Source: Chrysomallon squamiferum
Lineage: Eukaryota > Animalia > Mollusca
Direction: 5' to 3'
Assembly (NCBI GenBank): GCA_012295275.1
Contig: CM022668.1
Span: 9,734,001 to 9,798,000, forward strand
DNA length: 64,000 nt
Part shown: positions 1 to 12,080 of the stretch, in pieces
How positions within the stretch are numbered: position 1 is the first letter of the stretch
Layout of the letters: each line of letters starts with the position of its first letter
The notes under the pieces: model-generated
Databases searched by the model: none
Seen by the model: only the letters and a program-made list of their open reading frames with translations
What the model was told of the DNA's origin: nothing
Translations under genes and position numbers: made by a program

Positions 1-363
1 TCCTACCTCCTCATCCCTTTCTTTCTAGCTAAAACACAAAAACACAGATATGTATAGATACTAACACACACACAAACACATGCATTTGCACATACATAAA
101 CATAAATTTACATACACACAAACACAGATATATATATATATATACACACAAACACAGATATGGGTTATTTAATAACTAGCAAAATGATTCGTGTTTCCTG
201 AATGACTGTCCACTATCTAGTATCAGTACGCAGATCACTACATGCACATTCATAAACAAATACATATATACACAGACACACTGACACACACATACACACA
301 AACACACATAAACTATACACTCAGACATACACAGACAAACGTACACACACAAACAACACACTG

Positions 364-394
<31 letters not shown>

Positions 395-553
395 AACATA
401 TACACATACAAACGTACATTCCGTAATAACCCAGAAATTTGAATTTTGTTTTCAGAATGACTATCTACCATCCCACACAAACACACACACACAAACATAT
501 ACATGTACAAACGTACATTCTGTAATAACAGAGATTTGAATTTTTGTTTTCAG

Positions 554-904
554 AATGACTATCTACTATCTGGTATCTGTAGGCAGGTCACTGCGAGATG
601 CAAACACGGAATTGAGAATGCAGTTAGAATACGTAAGAAGTATTTTCATGTGTTCTTTCTAGCTGAACGTCTCGCGTTCAACTCTCAGCAGAGAATCACC
701 GAGGACAAATCCTAGATCACGTTTTGAAAAACAATCTTGTAGAATCTTAATTCCTCAACATTTTTTTTTTTTTTTTTTTTTACAACAGAACAGTGAAATC
801 AATGTAATTCAAAAATAAATGAATAGTGATTACAATTTATCTGAATATGAAAAACTGTAACCTACATACACGACCATAAACAACCATAAAATTACACGTG
901 TATG

Positions 905-954
<50 letters not shown>

Positions 955-1396
955 ACATCTAAATGCTATGTGTGCACATCCGCTGCTAAATACAAATATT
1001 ATGTAAAGTGTATGAATGGGTGTATACGTTTGCATGAGTGCATGCTCGCGCGTATGAATGTTTGTATTATTAAGATAGTTTAAACTGAAATATCAGGTGT
1101 TAACGTTTAGAAAATTAGTTGTTGTAACACGTGTTGGTACTTGCGTGCGTTTGTGTTAATTATCTTTATTGTGTAAAAAAAAAATCTTTTTTCTCTTTTT
1201 ACAGGAAAGAACCGAGGGCAGGCGAAAAGTATATGCAATGGCAGATGGTAAAATATCCCAGATGAGAAGAAAACACACATACATACATACACACACATAC
1301 ATACATACATACACACATACATACATACATACATACATACATACACACATACACACACATACACAAACACACATACACACACATACATACATACAC

Positions 1397-1433
<37 letters not shown>

Positions 1434-1798
1434 TACACACACACACTACACACACATACACACACACATACACAAATACACAAACAGACGTACATTACAC
1501 ACAAAAACAAACATGTGCAAACAAAACAATTAACATACAGAAAATAATCAAATTCATATCAACACCAAAAATATATACAATCAATACATAAAACGCATGC
1601 ACGTGTACGTGTACAATTACGTCCCAAAATATGTCACTGTGTACATTCACGCACACACGCACACACACATACATAGGAACAAACATATACATGAACATTT
1701 CATCTAATTAATTTAATTTTTAAATTTATTTCATTATTATTAATTTATTATTATTGTTATTGTTATTATTATTGTTATTATTATTATTATTATTGTTG

Positions 1799-1897
<99 letters not shown>

Positions 1898-2078
1898 GTT
1901 ATTATTATTATTATTATTATTATAGCCAAACGGGAGCTGGAAGCTAGTAAAAATAAAGTTCTTCCTGAAGTTCCACCCAAACCCCGAAGAAATCTGTCAC
2001 AGGCCGGTAAGATAAACAAAAACAATTAAATTAAATTAAAATTAAAATTAAAATTAAAATTAAATAAATAAATTTATT

Positions 2079-2169
<91 letters not shown>

Positions 2170-2213
2170 AATTTTAAATTTATGTATATTTGTATCTATG
2201 TGTGTGCATATGC

Positions 2214-2244
<31 letters not shown>

Positions 2245-2246
2245 TG

Positions 2247-2280
<34 letters not shown>

Positions 2281-2880
2281 TGTATGTATGGCATAACTAC
2301 ATTGAGGCAAATGCCACATATCGAATTGGACGAATTACTTTTTTCTTAATACAAAGATTTTATTTTAAAAATATAAAATATAAATCTCTATTACGATCGA
2401 AACCTACCGACATCTTTGCGATGAAAGAACTGACTTCAAAAGCATCAGTTTTTGCCTCATTTCAAAAACAGTTTAGTATGTATGTATGTATGTATGTATG
2501 TATGTAGGTGTGTGTGTGTGTATATATATATATCTATATATATATATATATATATATATACATACACACCTACATACATACTAAATATATGAATGTTTTT
2601 AATGTGTATGTGTGTGAGTGCGTGTGTGTGCGTGTGTGTGAGCGTGTGTGTGCGTATAATGACAGCAGTAACATGAATACTTTGTTTTCAGCCACTTCAG
2701 TGATGGCTGTTGCCCGGATGGCGAAGATGTTGTCAGGGGATATGAACACGTCTACCATGGGGAAGGCAAAAATCCCCGTCGCTGTCGTCACGGGTAAAAG
2801 ATCCCTGAAAGGAAACAGTCCAGTGTACAGAGACCCGTAAGTGAACGTTTAACAACAGATTAGCACCACTACTACTACTG

Positions 2881-2921
<41 letters not shown>

Positions 2922-2961
2922 GCTACTACTACTATTACTACTACTACTACTGCTACTACTG

Positions 2962-2993
<32 letters not shown>

Positions 2994-3239
2994 GCTACTA
3001 CTACTACTACTACTACTACTGCTGCTACTGCTACTACTACTACTACTGCTGCTGCTTCTACTACTACTACTACTGCTACTACTACTACTACTGCTGCTGC
3101 TTCTACTACTACTACTGCTACTACTACTACTACTGCTACTACTACTGCTACTACTACTACTACTACTACTTGCTACTACTACTACTGCTACTACTACTAC
3201 CACTACTACTACTACTACCTACTACTACTACTGCTACTG

Positions 3240-3302
<63 letters not shown>

Positions 3303-3608
3303 ATACTGATACTACTACCACCGGTAAAACATCCCTCATAGGGACCAGTAATTGAATTCTTAACAGATTGTTTCTGCTGCTACTACTGCTACTATTACAA
3401 CTTAACTACTACATATTTATCTATGTTATTTATGTACTACATATTAAATGCTTTCAATAATTATTATTACTAAGTGAATGAATGATGTTTAACGGTACCC
3501 AGCAGAACAAAAAAAGACCGGTTATTGGGTGTGAGACAGAGAGAGGTATTAAAATTACTGATCTAAAATTAAAAAGTAAAATAATATCAAAATATCAAAT
3601 GTTTAGAT

Positions 3609-3652
<44 letters not shown>

Positions 3653-3790
3653 AGGAGCTGTGCAAATATAAATATCACATTCGTCTGGAATTTAAATGTT
3701 ATCACAAAAGGAAGTTTTCTTTAAAAAGTAAAATGAAATATAAGTTAATCACTTCATCTTTCATCTTATTATGATAAATCAGATATTATA

Positions 3791-3833
<43 letters not shown>

Positions 3834-5155
3834 AGTAGTAGTAGTAGTAGTAGTAGTAGTAGGATGCTTGCTTGTCTTTTCTTTTTTCCTTATTTTTCTG
3901 TATTTACGTATTTATTTATTTATTCCAGTGAATCTGCATATAACCAGGAGGGTAAGCTGAACCTGTACAAGGCGGCGAACAAGATGACAAAGCGAGTTCA
4001 GGGCAAACCCAAACAGAACGGCCTCCTGGGCTCCGTGTCCGCGGAAACGTTCAGCAACGTGAGGCGCTCGATGGGTTCCACGAAAGTGACGGACGAGCAG
4101 CCTGCGAGCAACAGAAGCTTCACGTCGTACCGTCACGTGGGCTCCGTCAACAACGTGGAGGTCGTCCCGCCCCACGCCATCGACCGCGTGCCCGTGCGCC
4201 GCGGCGACAAGGCGGAGAACCGAAAGCTGCGCGCGGCCGGCCGGCCCAGGCACGTCGTGCTTGAACGCGACGAAAGCGTCCTGGCGGCGAGACACGCGGC
4301 TGCGGTGAACGAGAGGAAGAAGATGGCGGCGGCTGCGGCTGCGGCGGTTCCGGCGGTTCCGGCGGTTCCGGCTGCCCCGCGAGAGTGCGAGGAAATTCGA
4401 GATAGCAGAGAGGTCGTTGAGCGCCCCAGGCACGCCGAGGTGTCCAGCGAGGATGTGGGAAGTGCGCCCCGTGCGGTTAAAGAGTTCGAGGACCTGACCA
4501 GTCAGGCTGAAGTACTTTCCGTCCCTGTGAAAACCAGCAGGCCGCGCGTACCCCCGAAAACTTTCCCCAAGAAGATCCACCTCAACAGGAGACAGCTGGT
4601 GAGACCCGAGCAGACAGCAGCAGCAATAACAACAACAACAACAACGGCAGCGTCTGCAGCAGCGGTAGAAAAACCTCCAACGTCGGTGGAGATCGTCAAC
4701 GAGATTACGTCATCTTCCAGAGATGACGTCACCGAACCGGAATCTTCGAGGCTGTGGTGAGGAACGCCATACCAAAGATCAGAGTGGTCGACTACAGCGA
4801 CGACAACCACTCGGAGGGTTCTGAGAAGGAGACGGAGTTTAACGGCGTTGACAGCGATGTTGCTGAGCCACCCACTGACTCGTCTCATCTTCGCGCTCCC
4901 AGATACCCACCACCACCACAGCAGCTGCACGAAGACGAACTGGAGGAAGAGGAGGAGGCTGAGGATGACGTAAATCAAGAACAGACAACTCTGGAGAGCG
5001 ACGACATCCACGTCGCCAATCGTCACCGCAGAGTCGTCTACAACGGCGAAGCAGACGTCGAAAGCGAAACGTCTGACGACATCTCGCCGCGGAGAAACAG
5101 AAGAGCTAATTATTTCACATCAGCAAAGGCTGTTTTTGAAAGCCAATTTAAGTGA
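554..5155 (+). CDS. 3' portion of an unidentified multi-exon gene (coiled-coil segment followed by a long disordered, PxxP-rich C-terminus); upstream exons probably lie outside the window
   Basis: Phase-consistent exons with AG/GT ends: 554-632 ([26 protein letters not shown]), 1205-1247 ([14 protein letters not shown]), 1926-2006 ([27 protein letters not shown]), 2692-2837 ([10 protein letters not shown]...SPVYRD) and a GC-rich terminal exon from about 3929. The terminal exon needs a -1 shift near 4727-4757 to reach the stop at 5155 (...[15 protein letters not shown]). Family not recognised. Confidence 0.7.
1740..1923. repeat. (TAT)n trinucleotide microsatellite ending at a splice acceptor
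   Basis: Direct reading; source of the poly-Ile and poly-Asn ORFs in the track. Confidence 0.95.
2867..3320. repeat. (CTA/CTG)n trinucleotide microsatellite, intronic
   Basis: Direct reading; source of the poly-Ser, poly-Thr and poly-Leu ORFs. Confidence 0.95.
3472..3540. mobile_element. short degenerate interspersed-repeat fragment
   Basis: GAATGAATGATGTTTAACGGTACCCAGCA...GGTTATTGGGTGT resembles an abundant gastropod repeat as I recall it; not verified by search. Confidence 0.35.
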
Positions 5156-5692
5156 ATTTTTAAAAAAAAAAAATAAAAAAAAGAAATGGGTTTCATTAGG
5201 GTTTATATCTTTATATTTATTTATTTATTTATTTATCATTTATTTTGTTCCTCGCAATAAATGGGATACAGTTGGGTGGGTACTACTGGTCTGTAAAGGA
5301 ATGTATAGTATTTTAAGTTAAAAATAAATATTTAATAATGGGAAATGTTAATTACGTCCTTTATAGATTGATTATATCACTATTTAAATTTTTATATAAA
5401 AGGGAGTATCACAATTTGGGGGATGTCATATTCTCCTACGCGTTCAGTGTGTGACCTAAAATTGTCTTAAAATGTTTTTACTTATTTTTAATATAATATT
5501 TTTAGTTTCACACTGTCGCGAAATGTAAATAAATGGGCAGTAACTGTTGTGCAGGTGTATGCAATCAGTGTATGTCCAGGTATTTATATGTTTTACATCT
5601 TTTTGTATATATGTATGCATTGCAATGCTAAAAAAAAAAATTTAATAAAACATTTTAAACCATACATTGATGTTGTCTTAAAATCTTTTCTT

Positions 5693-5812
<120 letters not shown>

Positions 5813-6865
5813 AATGAGTGAGTGATAAACCATACTGATATGATCACTTGAAAACATTAGACGTGTACAAGAACAAAAATTCAAACGTGCAACTTTCACT
5901 TCTCTTTGTTTTAACTAAATATTCTACTTTCAGTCGACTTCAAAATTACAGAAGTTTCTATTGATAAACTACCAATCGTAAATGATTAGTTTTGTTGTTT
6001 TTTTAAACATAGGAGACAATCGGTTTTCACTTCCTATAATATATGGAATTTTATGCAAATGACAGAAAATAATATTTATATTAAGAAAAAACAAACAATT
6101 TGTATGAATTTATACATTTTTTAATTTTCTTTCGAGTATTTTAACACACGTAACTTTCTTATTATCAACTACATAATGAAAGATTCTTCTTTGCTGTACA
6201 ATTAGTTTCGTTATTATTATTATTATTATTATTATTATTGATATACCAACATCGAAACAAAGGAAGGATTTTAAAAAGAGAATTGCTAAAAATAAAAATA
6301 AAAGATAAATAAATAAATAAAAAAATAAAATAAAAAATAAAACATTCTGCGTAGAATAAATTAATAAAGGTGAGAATATGGTAAAATTAGGTGAAACACT
6401 TTTACATTCAAGTGAAACTGTCGAAATAGATAAATAAATGCCTTAAATTTATTAAATTCCAATGTGAAATAATTGAGTCTTTATCTAAATTATCACAAAC
6501 TCAAATTCCGAAAGTTTTTCGTTGTCCAAATATCAGAGAAATTATTCATTTTCAGTTAACACGGGCAAAATTTGGAATAAATTATTAAACTAATAAAAAA
6601 AATTATTACGGAAACAAACCCGAACTCCATTCATTGTTTTAGAAAAAGAAAACAACTAAAATTATTTGCACGATTACGCCAACTGTCAAAATACTTAAAT
6701 GAGACTTGCGGTTAAGATATTGTAGATGGTCGTGTTTTTTGATGCCCTTAATTTGAATTTTTGGGGAGGTTTTGTCCAGAAATTTAAAATAGTGATACGA
6801 AAAAATATATATTCATTCGTTCATTCATTCTCTGGATAAAAGCTACACAAAAGTCATATTTTGAA

Positions 6866-7540
6866 ATGCCAGGAGAAAGTGACAGCGGACCTTGGACAGA
6901 AGGAGAGAAGACAAAAAAAAAAAAAAAAAAAAACACGAATGGAAAAGAAAAAGGAATGATGAGAATTTGTTAAAATATTTGAAAAGTAGAAAAAAGAGGC
7001 TACTCTTTTCATTCGTGTGAGATATGATATAAATACTGACTGTGGCTTAATTATTGATACAATAGTTCACCGAGAAGTTGCTGGTATGAGTCAACGCCAA
7101 GGAGAAATAACTGTTACAAAATAAAGTTGTCATACGAAGATTGTTTTACAGATTAATGGAAATAAAATCTCAGTAGAAAACCCTGATTTTGATGTGAAAC
7201 CAGTAGTAAATAAATCAAGTGTTGTGTCACTATTACATCTGGCCGGTTACATCACTGAAGTCAAAAAATAAAAATATATAAAAAAGTTTGAAAGTTATGG
7301 ATGTGTTATTCTGTCACCAATACACACAACATTTCTGAAAGATAAATCAAGTTACGACTACTGACGGTAAAAGATATTTTAGAGTGAAATTTAGCGGAGA
7401 AGTAAAAACATTAAACTATTCTATAAAATTTGACTCATTTTATTTAACTGTGATTCATGATGGTCAAATAAAATTATGTAATTTCTGTAACAGTCCAGAT
7501 AATCTAATTAGACCACTGAGACAACCACCCAGCAAAGCTG
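6866..7540 (+). mobile_element. degenerate non-LTR retrotransposon ORF1 remnant (L1/Tx1-like, gag-type zinc knuckle)
   Basis: Broken frame from ATG 6866 (MPGESDSGPWTE...) leading to ...YSIKFDSFYLTVIHDGQIKLCNFCNSPDNLIR. The duplicate copy at about 10050-10100 reads SPDH, restoring the His of a C-x2-C-x4-H knuckle. The HDGQ-x3-C motif is typical of these ORF1 proteins. Frameshifts and stops are present. Confidence 0.6.
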
Positions 7541-10130
7541 TACTGCAAAGGATCCATCCCCCAAGTTGCTTGAGGAATGGCTCATATATAACTTGAAGAA
7601 CGTACCACCATTTTGTCCATATCCAAGGATTGGCAAGGCATGCAAAGTTACTTCCCAAAACAACTGATGCTATTTGGAACCTGCAACTTCAGTTGATACT
7701 GAAAGAAGCTTTTCTCATTACAAACACGAACTTAATGACAGTACACCATCTGACTCGGCAAAACGCAAAGTGACTCGCCGTGCGTAAATGGAGACATTAA
7801 AGGTTGCTTCAGTTAGTTACAGTTACACGACCAGAAGAATCTTGAATAAATACCATCTTCTCCCGTGATTTTCACAAATTATATATTTTATATATTAGTT
7901 TTTAATTACATAATTTATTCTTGAAATGGAATTGAAATGGAATTTACACAAACATGAAATGGAAAGCAGCTTTTTTTTTTTTCAAACAGAAAACCACTGG
8001 TCTAAAAGATAATCAACAGGTTTGTTTGACTCTTGATTGCAGATGGAAAATAGAATCTATAATTCAGTGTAAGTAACTTTACTTTTCAAGTTTTAAAAAG
8101 GTAAATAAAATTTTGACATAAATCAGTTTGAACACAGATTTTACAACCACATAGATTATCTGTTTCATATTTAATTTCCAGGCACGTCCATTATGCCCAG
8201 ACAAGAAGAGACCAACAAAGAAGAGTGGTAGCAATATTAACATCATCAACTACGATTACACACTTTCTGTCATCCATGCTATCTTGTCTGCAGAACAGAA
8301 TGTTGTGGAATAACCACCTAAATTGTTGTAAGTGTGTTTCTCCTCATTTCTTTCCTTCTTAAATAATTATAAACTACACTGACAGTCACCACAATACTTT
8401 ACCTATTTGACAAAGGAGATTCTGTTTCATATGGGGACAGTGTGTGCAATTTATAGACCACAATATTATTAATTTTGTTGGAAATTTAACTGCAGTTCTA
8501 ATTTTTTTTTTTTTTTTTTTTTTAAATTTTGTATTTACTGTCCTTATTAGTGTCCTGTTACTGAGAATTTCTCAAATGTTTCATTGTCATGGAACCCATA
8601 TAATGGTATAGATTAGGTGAAAAAAACTGGAGTAACAAAAGACCTAAACGTTTTTTTAAAAAATAAAAAAATAGTATTGTTTTAACTTTTAAAAATATTC
8701 GACTTCCATTATTAAAACTGAACATCAAAGAATTTTTGGAACAAAATGGGAAACAGGAACAAATGTAATTTTTATAATTTTATGTTTTTATTTCATTTTC
8801 ATTTTATCAAATATGACCAATATGTTCTCAAATTCTGAAACTGGGCACATAACCAATGACAGCTTGCGTAGAATGTCCGAGAAACCCTGGATCTAAAAGC
8901 CTATTTACCTTTTCATATACAATTCATACAGAAATATAATGACATATGCAATACAAAAATTAAAAATCATTCTGAGAATGTTGAACACTTAGATATGGAC
9001 TCTACTATAGATTTATATAACAGATGAAATAAAAATATACATCATATTACAAAACAGACGAAATACATTGGGTAGACAGCATGTCACTGAAGTATCTTAC
9101 TCAGTGAATTGTGTTGAGGTAATATGCAAAGATCATGTAGTAATATATCTAATAGTGTAGTAGATACTGTATCATTGAGGTATCTTACCCTTGTACAGGG
9201 ACAATATACAACAGATCGTGTATGAATGTATTTAACAGTGTATAGCTGATCTAGATAATCAATCACACCATGAGACTAAATATGAAATGTATCACTGGAG
9301 TAGCCAGTCGTCATATGAGTTTGTTATTTTACTTTTTTTGCATAGAGAAAACAAAAGAATTGTATATTTTTACAGTGTTTGGCAGAAATCACATCACGTG
9401 AGCTGTGATAATTTCATTGATACAAGTTCACATAAATTCACGAGTTCTGATATCAAGCACTTTCCATGTGTGTGACATGGTAAAATAGTAAATTTAACGT
9501 ATAAATTACAACAGATATGCTGAGGACTCGTATTAAGAATCTGAATGAGTGTTAGAATGTTTTGTTAACTTTCTACAAACTTTATAACCATGTATTTGAT
9601 GTCTACAGTCTTCCATTTGTGTTATTTGTTGGACTGTGCACCTCACTTTTTCTGCATGGCAATTTACAATGTTGTATGGTCACCTATGTGGTATTTGAGG
9701 AATGGCTCATATATATGTATTAATTATACACATATATATATACACTGAAGAAATTACCACCACTTTGTCCATATCCAAGGACTGGCAAGGCATGCAAAGT
9801 TACTTCCCAAAAGCAACTGATGCTATTTGGAACCTGCAACTTCAGTTGATACTGAAAGAAGCTTTTCTCATTACAAACACGAACTTAATGACAGTACACC
9901 ATCTGACTCAGCAAAATGCAAAGTGACTTGCCGTGCGTAAATGAAGACATTAAAGGTTGCTTCAGTTAGTTACAGTTTCACGACCAGAAGATCCTTGAAT
10001 AAATACCATTTTCTATAAAATCTGACTCAACTTATTTAACTGTGATTTGTGATGGTCAAATAAAATTATGTAATTTCTTTAACAGTCCAGACCATCCAAT
10101 TAGGCCACTGGGACAACCATCCAGCAAGCA
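7430..10130 (+). repeat. rearranged local duplication: 7613-7858 matches 9773-10010, 7430-7535 matches 10022-10130, 7571-7590 matches 9696-9715
   Basis: Near-identical blocks read directly (e.g. GGCAAGGCATGCAAAGTTACTTCCCAAAA...GACATTAAAGGTTGCTTCAG), with block order permuted between the two copies. Confidence 0.9.
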
Positions 10131-10734
10131 AGCAAGCAATTCAAATCAGCTACTAGCTATTATAGACTTTGTTATGTAGATTCTAATAAGATATGTTGGA
10201 TATATGTATCAACAACTATTAAGAAATAATGCAACAAGTATTTCTATTCACTTAACACCAGCTTGTACTATCATATATGAAATGGTAATAATAATGGCTG
10301 CAAGGTTCCAGCTAGACCTGGTTTTTTTTCAGCCACACACAAGACAAAAGGCAGAAAAAAAAAAAAACTGACACTTACAAAAGAAGTTTGGATACCAGTT
10401 TTTTTTATATACATTATTTTAGAGAAGCAGTGCTTTTAATATGCTGCACAGAAAGGTACTCTGTAAATGACTGGAAAAAAAAAAATCACAAGAAAAAAGT
10501 CACAAAATGTATGGGTTTGTAGAGTACTGAATGTGGCATCATAGTATGCATGGGGTAATTGTTAAGCTTATTGATTAGGCTACATTAACGAAATGGGTTT
10601 CATATTGTGCAGGGTTGGTGAATTGTTACACTTATTAATTAGGCAGGATTACAGGCAGGATTAAAGCAAGGATTAAAGAAAGAATAGGAATATTGGGTCT
10701 AGCTTGGGTTTAGCTTACCGATTAGGATAGAGGA

Positions 10735-11115
10735 ATGAGGATGCTGTCTTCAGTCATCATGTTACAAATGAGGGACTCTTCTATCATCTGACACAAAGCA
10801 CCTGGCGTAAGATTCAGGACTTAGGCTTGGGTCCACACACTACACGGCCAAAGCTGACTTTTGCCTGTTCTGTGGTATGATGGATGCTCTGGCCATTTTG
10901 CCATGGAAGCTGTTATGCTGCAAGATCCACTTAAAGTCGAGGACGTGAGTACTTTGATTGTACATACGTCAGTGGTTCTTTCTAACACTCTCAGCAGCCA
11001 GGCCCAGTACTCAGCTCCACCAATGTTTGCTCCTGTCCTGTGGGACGTTCTTGATTCCACCATGAACAATAATCCTTGTATGAACAACTTGTGTGAAGGT
11101 TGGAACAATACGTTC
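10735..11115 (+). mobile_element. MULE (Mutator-like) transposase remnant
   Basis: Translates across frameshifts to GLFYHLTQSTWRKIQDLGL...FCGMMDALAILP...YFDCTYVSG...NNLCEGWNN, matching the MULE GCxFH...W and TNNxxEGWN motifs. Confidence 0.75.
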
Positions 11116-11254
11116 TTATTTTAAATGACTATGAAAACACTGAAATGTTTCTCAGTTGAAGATTCTAAATGTCTCAGTGAATATGAAGTAAAAAGTGTCC
11201 TATGATAATCAACTTTGTGCCATTATGCACGATGAAGAAAAAATGTTGTGTTTA

Positions 11255-12080
11255 AAACTTGAAGGTGACAATTTCCATCTAACAAAAAAATACTGAAAAA
11301 TGTAACTGTTGTCCAGTAACAATATGTATGATTATCTTGTCACACTGGACAAACAGTTCATCTTATTCAGTCTCTCAGACTTGATTACAAAACACAGATA
11401 ATGAATCAATAGAGACCTCCCCCTCCAAAAAAAACAAAAACATATACACTTTAAAATGTGACTGTGTGTGACATGTTAAAATTAAGTAACAGAACAAGTT
11501 TGTCTCCATCTAATATTATATCAGACATTTTATCAAACAGTTGTCATGTGGTAAAGAAATTAATCAGGAAAGGCTGTCACCACTGTGTTCTGTTTTCAAC
11601 AAAATAAACTTTTACGATTCACAGCAGGATGGTGAAGTAAAAAAATGTATACAAATATGGAATGAATTTTAATAGATGAGGTATTTCTTAAAATCTGACA
11701 ATACTCCAGAAGTAAACACGTACCATTTCTAGCAATGGACCAACACATTCAAAATGCACGTCCTAAGATTTCTATCATTTGTTTGTATCTTGTTCATATC
11801 AGCTACAGAGCAAAGTCTACAAAGGTTTTCTTTTCTCAATGTTCAGATAAACGTAAAATAAAATTTTAGAAAAAAATAAAACCTCTACTAAAATTATTTT
11901 AAATCATTTTGCTTGACAAATAAATTTTATATTTAAAACTTTAAGGTGACAATATTCATATTACAACAATGAAAACTAGAAGTACTGTCCAGTAACAGTC
12001 ACTTGTCAGTGTGTGTCTGGACACAACAGGCAAAAGCTCCCGTTATTCAGTCTCTCTCAGACTTGATTGCAAAACAGACA
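11255..12080. repeat. diverged direct duplication of about 150 bp (11255-11400 and 11933-12080)
   Basis: Shared AAAACTT-AAGGTGACAAT, TGTCCAGTAAC, CTGGACA and TTATTCAGTCTCTCAGACTTGATT. Confidence 0.8.

Noticed and set aside
176-3355. Many ORFs of alternating CV/YI/HT or poly-I/S/T/L
   Set aside because: They are translations of (CA)n, (TA)n, (TAT)n and (CTA)n microsatellites; the same applies at 5549-5899, 57350-57810, 61689-61964 and 63587-63961.
4727-4760. Programmed -1 ribosomal frameshift
   Set aside because: No X-XXY-YYZ slippery site or evident downstream structure; an indel is the simpler explanation.
3912-5026. Long antisense ORFs (222 aa and 174 aa)
   Set aside because: Shadows of the GC-rich sense exon; no independent splice or motif support.
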